From the NCBI GenBank assembly GCA_031550435.1, contig JAVBOO010000022.1, positions 5,418 to 69,417 of the forward strand: 64,000 bases of DNA, read 5' to 3'. Position 1 is the first letter of the stretch. Every line of letters begins with the position of its first letter. The position numbers and the translations under genes were made by a program. Source of the DNA: Eubacteriales bacterium. Its GTDB lineage: Bacteria > Bacillota > Clostridia > Lachnospirales > WRAX01. This document shows positions 1 to 7,014 of this stretch, in pieces. A model generated the notes under the pieces. That model searched no databases. It saw only the letters and a list, made by a program, of their open reading frames with translations, and was not told the DNA's origin.

Positions 1-12
1 TTACAGTATATC

Positions 13-42
13 TTGACATAGTATATCGCAGAGTGATATAAT
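13..42 (+). promoter_or_regulatory. Sigma-A-type promoter of the padR-DUF2812 operon, overlapped by short repeats
   Basis: TTGACA (13-18), an 18-nt spacer, then an extended -10 TGaTATAAT (34-42). GTATATC/GATATA-type motifs recur six times between 6 and 86. Confidence 0.55.
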
Positions 43-86
43 CTAGTCACGATATATCAAAATACGATATACCATGAGGTGATATA

Positions 87-404
87 GTGAATGATTTAAT
101 TAAGCAGCATCTTCCCATGAGTGAAACAGCCTTCTATATACTCTTATCATTGAAAGAACCAAAACACGGCTATGCTATAATGCAGCATGTAGGTCAGATG
201 ACAGCAAACCGGATAATTCTGGGGGCTGGCACTCTTTACGGCACTCTGTCAAAAATGGAGGAAAACAGCCTTATAAGGTTTGTAGGCGAAGAAAGCAAAC
301 GAAAAACATACGAAATAACCGATGTGGGATTGCAAGTGCTTGTAGCAGAAAAAGGACGTCTGGGTGAACTCTATGAAAATGCGAAAGGAGTATTAGGACA
401 ATGA
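87..404 (+). CDS. PadR-family transcriptional regulator
   Basis: 105 aa with a winged-helix PadR pattern (YILLSL..HGYAI...GTLYGTLSKME...TYEITDVG). GTG start with GAGGTG 6 nt upstream. Overlaps the next gene by 4 bp. Confidence 0.85.
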   Translation: MNDLIKQHLPMSETAFYILLSLKEPKHGYAIMQHVGQMTANRIILGAGTLYGTLSKMEENSLIRFVGEESKRKTYEITDVGLQVLVAEKGRLGELYENAKGVLGQ

Positions 405-940
405 TCGAGACAAAAAAGACTATCAAGTTCTTTACCGCCGCGGAATATGATAAAGAAGAGCAATACTTGACAAAAATGTCCTCTATGGGCTGGCACTTTG
501 TCAACTGTTATATCTTTTTCTATATTTTTGAGAAGGGCGACAGAAAAAGCTATGTGTACCAACTTGATTTTAAAGAAGATATTAAAGAAGATTTTGACAA
601 TTATATTACAATGTACTCCGATCTGGGTTGGGAGCGCGTTTTTGAATATCCCATATCAAAGGGTGCATGGATATACTTCCGCAAAGAATCTGAATATCCG
701 GATCAGGAAACGCTTTTCAGCGACAATGAATCTCGTCTCACGCTATTAGAACGTATTCGCAAGGTTTATGCCATATTTTTACCACTTTTTCTCTGCCTTT
801 TCGCTCCGGCTTGGGTGTATCTTTTAGGAGATGACTTGAAGTACCTTTTTATCCCATATATTGCGGCAATTTTGGTTTATATAAGAATGTTTGCAGTGCT
901 TAACATAAAAATCAATAAACTCAAGGATAAGCTTCGATAA
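401..940 (+). CDS. DUF2812-like membrane protein (usual partner of PadR genes)
   Basis: 179 aa, translationally coupled (ATGA) to padR. Has a soluble N-terminal domain and two C-terminal hydrophobic helices (IFLPLFLCLFAPAWVYLL, FIPYIAAILVYIRMFAVL). The family name is from memory. Confidence 0.65.
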   Translation: MIETKKTIKFFTAAEYDKEEQYLTKMSSMGWHFVNCYIFFYIFEKGDRKSYVYQLDFKEDIKEDFDNYITMYSDLGWERVFEYPISKGAWIYFRKESEYPDQETLFSDNESRLTLLERIRKVYAIFLPLFLCLFAPAWVYLLGDDLKYLFIPYIAAILVYIRMFAVLNIKINKLKDKLR

Positions 941-995
941 TCGAGTGAAAGAAAAGAGGCGGCCTGCGAAAAATCGTGGACCGCTGTTTTTTTCC

Positions 996-1024
996 TTGCG
1001 CTTCAATCTCCTATGCGCTATAAT
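996..1024 (+). promoter_or_regulatory. Sigma-A-like promoter upstream of the recombinase gene
   Basis: TTGCGC (996-1001), a 17-nt spacer, then TATAAT (1019-1024). Confidence 0.5.
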
Positions 1025-1075
1025 TTATTATAGGTAGTAACAGAACGTAAATGTAACGATAGAGAGGTGCAAGAG

Positions 1076-2611
1076 ATGAACATAGCCGCCTATTGCAGAG
1101 TATCAACGGACAAATCCGACCAGTTAAACAGTCTTGAGTCGCAGAAGAAGTTTTTCTCGGATTACACCGCGAAAACAGGGGACAAGCTTGTGCGGCTTTA
1201 CGCCGATGAGGGCTTATCCGGCACGAAAATCAAAAATCGCGCCGAGTTTTTGCGTATGATGTCTGATGCAGAGCATGGGGTTTATGACATGGTTGTGGTT
1301 AAAGACATTTCCCGCTTTGCTAGAAACACGGTTGACCTGTTGCAAAGCATCAGAAAGCTTAAGTCACTTGGCATAGAAACCCAATTTTTGACCGCTAACA
1401 TGACTTCTATGGGCAACAGCGAGTTTGTGCTGACCATTTTCGGCGCACTGGCGCAGGAAGAATCTGCCAATACATCGAAGCGCATCAAGTTCGGCAAGAA
1501 AATTAACGCCGAAAAAGGCAAGGTGCCGAACATTGTTTACGGTTATGACAAAATCATCGGCGAATATTTTACTTTAAAGATAAACGAGCGTGAGGCCGAG
1601 GTTGTCCGCAAGATTTTTAAGTGGTACGTTTATGAAGGCTACGGTGCATCAAAAATTGCGAACATGCTGAACGACCGCCGCATCAGGACGAAGCGGGATT
1701 ACAGCTGGAGCCAGAACGCAGTCTGCCGTATACTGACAAACGAGCTTTACACTGGCATTGTCATCAACGGCAAGCAGGAGGTTGCTGATTTTTTGACAGG
1801 TGTGCGCACGGAAAAGGACGAAGAAGAATGGCACACTGTGGAACGGCTGGAGCTTAAGATTATCGAACCGGAGCTACAGGAAAAAGCCATTGACATAATG
1901 AAAAATCGCGGGCAGATTTTCAAGGTCGAGAAGGAACGACAGAGCAACAAGCATCTGTTTTCGACGTTGATTAAGTGCAAGGAATGCGGCTGGTCGTTTC
2001 GCCGCACAGTTCGGACGTATAAGAATACCTATATCCGCTGGGTTTGTTCGGGGCATAACGGAAAAGGCGCCGAAAGCTGCCCGAATGCGGTCACAGTTGA
2101 TGAAGAGGAACTGATTGCGACTCTGCAAGAATATTTTGTCGATCTTTTGAGTAATAAAAAAGATGTTTTGCGCCGCATAGTCGGCGAGTTTGAGAAGATA
2201 TACAAAGCAAAAGATGAAAACGCCGAGTATGAAAAAATTCTTTTAGTCCAGCTTACCAAGCTGCAAAAAAGCCGACAGAAGTATATGGACATGTTTACCG
2301 ATGATTTAATTAGCCGCGCCGAGCTGAACGAGTTTAACGGCAAAGCCAGAAGAGAAATCTCTAGGCTTGAAAATGAGCTGAAAATTGTATCCTATAACCT
2401 GTCTAAAGGCGAGCAACTTGAAAATATCCTGAACACAACTTTCAGGGAAATCAGTGACATTGCCGACGTCAAGGAAATGAGCAACTCGCAGTTAAAGCGT
2501 ATAATCCAGAAAATTGAAGTGGATAAGGACGGTAATGTCGAGATTTACTTGAAATTACTGGGCGATTTGGGGCTTGAGGATTCCGTTCTTATTAATGACT
2601 CCCATACATAA
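1076..2611 (+). CDS. Large serine recombinase (SpoIVCA/SprA-type integrase-excisionase class)
   Basis: Resolvase catalytic domain (AAYCRVSTDKSDQLNSLESQ, DISRFARN, ESANTSKRIK), a recombinase domain, a Cys-rich zinc ribbon (CKECGWSF...WVCSGHNGKGAESCPN) and a C-terminal coiled coil. ATG 1076 has AGAGAGG 8 nt upstream and is preferred over GTG 1067. Confidence 0.9.
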   Translation: MNIAAYCRVSTDKSDQLNSLESQKKFFSDYTAKTGDKLVRLYADEGLSGTKIKNRAEFLRMMSDAEHGVYDMVVVKDISRFARNTVDLLQSIRKLKSLGIETQFLTANMTSMGNSEFVLTIFGALAQEESANTSKRIKFGKKINAEKGKVPNIVYGYDKIIGEYFTLKINEREAEVVRKIFKWYVYEGYGASKIANMLNDRRIRTKRDYSWSQNAVCRILTNELYTGIVINGKQEVADFLTGVRTEKDEEEWHTVERLELKIIEPELQEKAIDIMKNRGQIFKVEKERQSNKHLFSTLIKCKECGWSFRRTVRTYKNTYIRWVCSGHNGKGAESCPNAVTVDEEELIATLQEYFVDLLSNKKDVLRRIVGEFEKIYKAKDENAEYEKILLVQLTKLQKSRQKYMDMFTDDLISRAELNEFNGKARREISRLENELKIVSYNLSKGEQLENILNTTFREISDIADVKEMSNSQLKRIIQKIEVDKDGNVEIYLKLLGDLGLEDSVLINDSHT

Positions 2612-2771
2612 AGACGTTACCGAAAGACTGATAAAAATTAATCCGAACTTGGCTAAGGAAGCAAGGAGGGTGCTGGAAGTTAACAAGTCCGAGCGCCACA
2701 TACGGGGTGGTTTGGCCACAAAAGAAAAATACTTGACTCTACCCGAAACTAAGATTATTAAAAAACGCTGA
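2604..2771 (+). pseudogene. spoIIID: 3' half of spoIIID (sporulation transcriptional regulator), separated from its 5' half by the element
   Basis: IHKDVTERLIKINPNLAKEARRVLEVNKSERHIRGGLATKEKYL aligns by eye with B. subtilis SpoIIID VHKDLTERLPEINPDLANEVKEILDYHKSIRHLRGGEATKLKYK, about 24/44 identical. The N-terminal ~36 residues, including most of the HTH, are absent. The upstream in-frame residues are unrelated. Confidence 0.75.
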
Positions 2772-2836
2772 GACAACAAGTTAATCAGAATTCGACCCGA
2801 TAAATCTGAGAGTCTTATTTAGATTTGCCGGGTGTA

Positions 2837-2865
2837 CATAAAATAACCGCCTGCGTTATTTTATG
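2837..2865 (+). terminator. Hairpin downstream of the spoIIID fragment (possible terminator)
   Basis: 11-bp perfect stem CATAAAATAAC/GTTATTTTATG with a 7-nt loop. The T-run (2879-2885) is not adjacent, so this is weak. Confidence 0.35.
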
Positions 2866-2902
2866 GGATTCCGGTTAACTTTTTTGTTTGGGTAATTATT
2901 TT

Positions 2903-3281
2903 GGTACAATAAAATATAACGCGGGTTTCGTTATATTTTATTGCCGATGTAATATTACCGCGGAAGTTAAATTCCGCATAAAACACTTACGCGGTTACTC
3001 GTGCCGAGCCGGAGCGCTCAGAAATCGTCTGCGTGCTTCTTGCAGCGATTTCTGCTCCGTAGCGAGGGTACAATAAAATATAACGCGGGTTTCGTTATAT
3101 TTTATTGCCGATGTAATATTACCGCGGAAGTTAAATACCGCATTAAATACTTACGCGGTTACTCGTGCCGAGCCGGAGCGCTCAGAAATCGTCTGCGTGC
3201 TTCTTGCAGCGATTTCTGCTCCGAAGCGAGGGTACAATAAAATATAACGCGGGTTTCGTTATATTTTATTGCCGATGTAAT
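2903..3281 (+). repeat. Tandem array of mosaic intergenic elements: a solo module B followed by two 164-bp A-C-B units
   Basis: Units at 2954-3117 and 3118-3281 differ by 4 substitutions. Solo B lies at 2903-2953. Each module is a hairpin. Confidence 0.95.
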
Positions 3282-3465
3282 AAGTACAAGCGGCTATTGC
3301 AAAACTCTCTTAAAGTTGATAGGATATTACGCAGACACAGCAAAAATTCGTTTTTGTTTTCTCGAACGCGTTAAGGCTTTAATGGATTTTCGGCATTTTC
3401 GGCCTTGCTCTGTTTTTGCGGCTATACCGTTTAATTTGTTCGCACTTAGTTTTCGGGGGGTACAA

Positions 3466-3921
3466 ATGCTTGCGCTAAAGATTGACGGAACGGAAATAAA
3501 GAAATTTATGAACTCTTTGCTTATTGAAAATACATTTGACGAATTCGAGTTTCGAGAAGCCGTTATATCGTCTTTCGTCAGGTTTGAGATTGACGGCAAA
3601 CCTCCTGCCGGAACCCCCGATGAAGAAAAGAAATACTCACCGTGGACGGAAGTTAAACCCTATATTTTTAACATAATTAAAGGCAAAACAAAGCCCCGGC
3701 AGATGAAGTTTGTTTTTTCATATCCCTATGAAAAAACCGAGGAGTTTAATGCACAAGCAAAGGCTCTGTTTTTGAACATATTATTCGAAAACGAAGCCGT
3801 TCTGATAACTTCCGGCTGCCAAACAAAGGTTTTTACTCTGGATAAAGGCGTAGAAAGCGCTTGGGACTCATACGTTAAATCATTTTTTGTATTAAAGGGA
3901 ACAGCGTTTGCCGAAGTGTGA
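3466..3921 (+). CDS. Hypothetical protein (151 aa)
   Basis: The ORF is open from 3316, but the first 50 codons look non-coding. ATG 3466 has a G-rich SD-like run 5 nt upstream. No family recognised. Confidence 0.5.
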   Translation: MLALKIDGTEIKKFMNSLLIENTFDEFEFREAVISSFVRFEIDGKPPAGTPDEEKKYSPWTEVKPYIFNIIKGKTKPRQMKFVFSYPYEKTEEFNAQAKALFLNILFENEAVLITSGCQTKVFTLDKGVESAWDSYVKSFFVLKGTAFAEV

Positions 3922-4125
3922 AAAATGCGCAAGTCCGGTCTTTTTGCCGTTCGTGCCCGGTAATATGCCGTATGTAGCGACGACCCAATATATCCCTTGA
4001 GTTTAGAGGTTATACGTCCGCCGATATGGCAGAACGTTTTATTTTCGCCGCAGTAATGCAGGTTTTGTGAGCAATTCCAACCATACATATCGTCTTTAAG
4101 ATGATAAGAACCGGGGGGGACAACA

Positions 4126-4800
4126 ATGCTTACAGCTATCCTGCATTTTTTGTTTATATTCGGAAAAATAAAATCAGGCAACTCGTTTCCAAAACCTTTG
4201 TCTGGCGCCGAGGAACAGGAGTGTTTAAAATTGTTCGCGGAAGGAGACCTGGCTGCCAGAAATAAACTTGTGGAGCACAATCAGCGCCTTGTAGCTTTTC
4301 TCGCCAAAAAATATCAAAACATTACCAACGAAAGCGAAGATCTTATCTCAGTCGGAACAATCGGCCTCATAAAGGCCATTCAGACTTTCAACAACTCAAA
4401 GGGCAACAGGCTGGCAACCTATGCTTCGAGGTGTATAGAAAACGAAATACTAATGTATATTCGTTCTCTCAAGAAGTATTCAAACGACATTTCGCTCTGT
4501 GAGCCGATGGGCGTTGACAGGGAGGGCAACGAAATAACATTAGAAGATAAGCTTGCTGACGAAAACTGCGATATAGAGGCTCAGGTATCCCTTAAGCTGA
4601 CCATAAAGGAGCTGGTACAAAAGCTTGGTCAGACCTTGGTAGGCAGGGAAAGAGAAATTATCGAAAAGCGTTACGGCTTAGGCAACAAAGAAGAATATAC
4701 TCAGCGTGAAATTGCAAAGGAAATGGGTATCTCCAGAAGCTATGTGTCCAGAATAGAGAAAAAAGCGGTAAAAAGACTGAAAGAAAAGATGGAGGAATAA
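4126..4800 (+). CDS. sigK: RNA polymerase sporulation sigma factor K (pro-sigma-K), uninterrupted
   Basis: 224 aa. The pro-sequence plus GNSFPKPLS matches the B. subtilis pro-sigma-K NNAFPQPLS junction. Regions 2 to 4 are present (DLISVGTIGLIKA, ATYASRCIENEILMY, REIAKEMGISRSYVSRIEKKA). Confidence 0.85.
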   Translation: MLTAILHFLFIFGKIKSGNSFPKPLSGAEEQECLKLFAEGDLAARNKLVEHNQRLVAFLAKKYQNITNESEDLISVGTIGLIKAIQTFNNSKGNRLATYASRCIENEILMYIRSLKKYSNDISLCEPMGVDREGNEITLEDKLADENCDIEAQVSLKLTIKELVQKLGQTLVGREREIIEKRYGLGNKEEYTQREIAKEMGISRSYVSRIEKKAVKRLKEKMEE

Positions 4801-4893
4801 ATAAAACAACTTTTGCTCAACGCCGATTAATTGACTTTCGGCAGATACACGTCTGATTTAATACGCGCCGCATTGTAACGCCGCGGCACCCAT

Positions 4894-5017
4894 AAAGGAA
4901 GTGTTGAAAATTACGTACGAAGACTAAGAATTGGTCTTAGCGGGCGGCGCTCTCCCTTGGAAAATGGTGCTTTTCCATTTTCAAGGTAAAGCCGCAAGGC
5001 AATTTTTCAACATGCCC
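4894..5017 (+). repeat. Module E copy 1, a 124-bp multi-hairpin element
   Basis: About 85% identical to 39316-39441. Outer stem GTGTTGAAAATT/AATTTTTCAACAT, inner hairpins, and a GCC-GCAA-GGC tetraloop hairpin. Confidence 0.85.
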
Positions 5018-5025
5018 ATAAAGCC

Positions 5026-5059
5026 AAAACGGCTGCCGCAAAATGCGGCAACCGTTTTT
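5026..5059. terminator. Bidirectional intrinsic terminator between convergent sigK and the ABC operon
   Basis: AAAACGGcTGCCGC-aaaat-GCGGCAaCCGTTTT, with an A-run and a T-run on the two sides. Confidence 0.75.
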
Positions 5060-5082
5060 ATACTTTGCGACTGTGTTAATTG

Positions 5083-7014
5083 TTACCCTTCTATCAGACC
5101 CGTTGAGAACTGGCTTTTGTAAAGATTTGCATAGAAACCGTTCTGATCGAGCAGTGATTGATGGTTGCCCTGCTCCACGATGTCGCCGTTGTTCATCACG
5201 AGTATAAGGTCGGCATCTCTGATTGTGGAAAGCCTGTGAGCGATAACAAAGCAGGTTCTGCCCTTCATAAGGTTTTCCATAGCCTGTTGTATTCTTACTT
5301 CGGTACGGGTATCGACGGAGCTTGTTGCCTCGTCAAGTATCAATATTTTCGGATCGGCAAGTATTGCGCGGGCAATAGTTAAAAGCTGCTTCTGTCCCTG
5401 CGAAATATTCGTGGCTTCTTCGTTAAGCACCATATCGTAACCACCGGGAAGTGCTCTGACAAAGTGATCCACATAGGCCGCTTTTGAAGCGGAAACGACC
5501 TGTTCGTCTGTGGCGTTCAAATTACCGTAACGTATGTTTTCTTTCACACTGCCGTTAAACAGCCATGTGTCCTGTAATACCATGCCTATCATCTTACGCA
5601 GATCGTTCTTCTTGTACTCGGTTATGTTTTTCCCGCCGATTTTTATTGTGCCGCCGTTTAGCTCATAGAATCTCATAAGCAGTTTAACGATAGTTGTCTT
5701 GCCTGCGCCGGTCGGGCCGACAATAGCGATTTTTTGGCCGTTGCGCACTTTTTGGTTAAAATTGTTGATAACGATTTTTTCGGTTTCGTAACCGAATTTG
5801 ACGTTCTCGAATTCAACCGCACCGTCTATCCCTTGGGTGCTCACGGCGTTTACGGCATCCGGCAGCTCTTCGGGCTCGTTTAGGAATTCAAAAACTCTTT
5901 CGGCCGCCGCCGCAGTCGACTGGAGTATATTGGCGATCTGGGCAACCTGAGATACGGGCTGCGAGAAGTTTCTGACGTACTGTATAAACGAAAGTATGTC
6001 GCCGACTTTGATTTTACCCTGTATCGCAAAGAAGCTGCCCGCAATACAGACTATCACATAACCCAAATTGCCTATAAAGTTAATGAGCGGCATCATTACG
6101 CCGGAAAGGAATTGGGACTTCCACGCGGTTGAATAAAGAGTGTTGTTGTATTCCTCGAATTCGCTTACGGACTTTTCTTCGGCGTTAAATGCCTTCATAA
6201 CGTTATGCGCGCCGTAGATTTCTTCGACTTGGCCGTTAACGTGACCGACGTATTCCTGCTGTTTTTTAAAATATTTCTGCGAGTTTTTGACTACTATCGC
6301 AATAGCAATACCCGAAAGTGGGATAATAATCATCGAGATAAACGTCATCGCTACGTTTATTGTCAGCATCATCACCAATACGCCGACAAGCGTCGTCACG
6401 GATGTGATCATCTGCGAAAGGCTCTGCTGCAATGTCTGGTTTATCAAGTCAACGTCGTTTGTGACTCTTGAAAGCACTTCTCCGTGAGTCTTTTTGTCAA
6501 AGTACGAAAAAGGCAGTCTGCTGATCTTTCTGTCCAGCTCTTTTCTGAAATTATACGCGACCTTAACGGCTACTTTGTTCATGAGCAGACCTTGGAAAAA
6601 CGAGAGTATTGCGCCTGCCGCATACAGTATTATCAGCGTTATCATAAGGCCGGATATTTTTTCGAAGTTAATTCCGCCGTTACCGCCGAGCTTAGACATC
6701 AGGCCGTTAAAAATTTCCGTAGTCGCGTGACCGATTATCTTAGGACCTTGTATCGAAAACACGGTGCTTGTTATGGCGAAAACAAAAACGATGCTTATCG
6801 ACAAATAATAAGGCTGCAAATGCTTTAGCAGCATTTTCATTGTTCTCTTAAAGTTTTTCGGTTTTTCCCCGCCTATTCTCATGGGGCCGCCGGGGCCATG
6901 GCCGCCTTGGCGCTGCACTACTTTCCCCTGCGGTTTTTCTTTTTTGGATTTGCCGCGTCTTTCGCTGTGGAGGGGTTGATTTGCTTGAATGTTGCCTTTT
7001 TCGTCTTTACGCAT
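5083..7014 (-). CDS. ABC exporter, fused permease/ATPase (second subunit of heterodimer pair 1)
   Basis: 643 aa with six TM helices. Walker A GPTGAGKTT, signature ISQGQKQL, Walker B ILILDEATS. Gly/Lys-rich N-terminal tail. Overlaps the upstream gene by 8 bp. Confidence 0.9.
   Translation of the reverse strand: MRKDEKGNIQANQPLHSERRGKSKKEKPQGKVVQRQGGHGPGGPMRIGGEKPKNFKRTMKMLLKHLQPYYLSISIVFVFAITSTVFSIQGPKIIGHATTEIFNGLMSKLGGNGGINFEKISGLMITLIILYAAGAILSFFQGLLMNKVAVKVAYNFRKELDRKISRLPFSYFDKKTHGEVLSRVTNDVDLINQTLQQSLSQMITSVTTLVGVLVMMLTINVAMTFISMIIIPLSGIAIAIVVKNSQKYFKKQQEYVGHVNGQVEEIYGAHNVMKAFNAEEKSVSEFEEYNNTLYSTAWKSQFLSGVMMPLINFIGNLGYVIVCIAGSFFAIQGKIKVGDILSFIQYVRNFSQPVSQVAQIANILQSTAAAAERVFEFLNEPEELPDAVNAVSTQGIDGAVEFENVKFGYETEKIVINNFNQKVRNGQKIAIVGPTGAGKTTIVKLLMRFYELNGGTIKIGGKNITEYKKNDLRKMIGMVLQDTWLFNGSVKENIRYGNLNATDEQVVSASKAAYVDHFVRALPGGYDMVLNEEATNISQGQKQLLTIARAILADPKILILDEATSSVDTRTEVRIQQAMENLMKGRTCFVIAHRLSTIRDADLILVMNNGDIVEQGNHQSLLDQNGFYANLYKSQFSTGLIEG

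Larger units (their letters stand above)
1..2603 (+). mobile_element. Right-hand end of an integrated element (left end lies outside the window). It carries padR, a DUF2812 gene and a large serine recombinase, and is inserted in spoIIID.
   Basis: The recombinase gene sits at the extreme end and its stop codon lies inside the spoIIID remnant frame. SpoIIID homology begins abruptly at about 2604. The right boundary is approximate and the left boundary is unknown. Confidence 0.65.

Noticed and set aside
2903-3281. Possible CRISPR array
   Set aside because: The whole 164-bp period is repeated nearly identically, so there are no unique spacers. There are no cas genes, and the same modules are dispersed singly elsewhere.
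2888-3374. Three overlapping ORF-track proteins (62, 79 and 69 aa) that share the peptide ...GFVIFYCRCNITAEVK...LRGYSCRAGALRNRLRASCSDFCS
   Set aside because: They are the same reading frame repeated through the 164-bp tandem repeat units. They have no RBS and their periodicity equals the repeat period, so they are artefacts of the repeat.
3726-4280. 184-aa minus-strand ORF
   Set aside because: It overlaps the 3' end of the hypothetical gene and the 5' end of sigK in antisense. It has an odd composition and no RBS.
4126-4800. sigK as the gene interrupted by the recombinase (the classical skin situation)
   Set aside because: sigK here is a continuous 224-codon ORF with a pro-sequence and all sigma regions. 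The gene actually truncated at the recombinase boundary is spoIIID.
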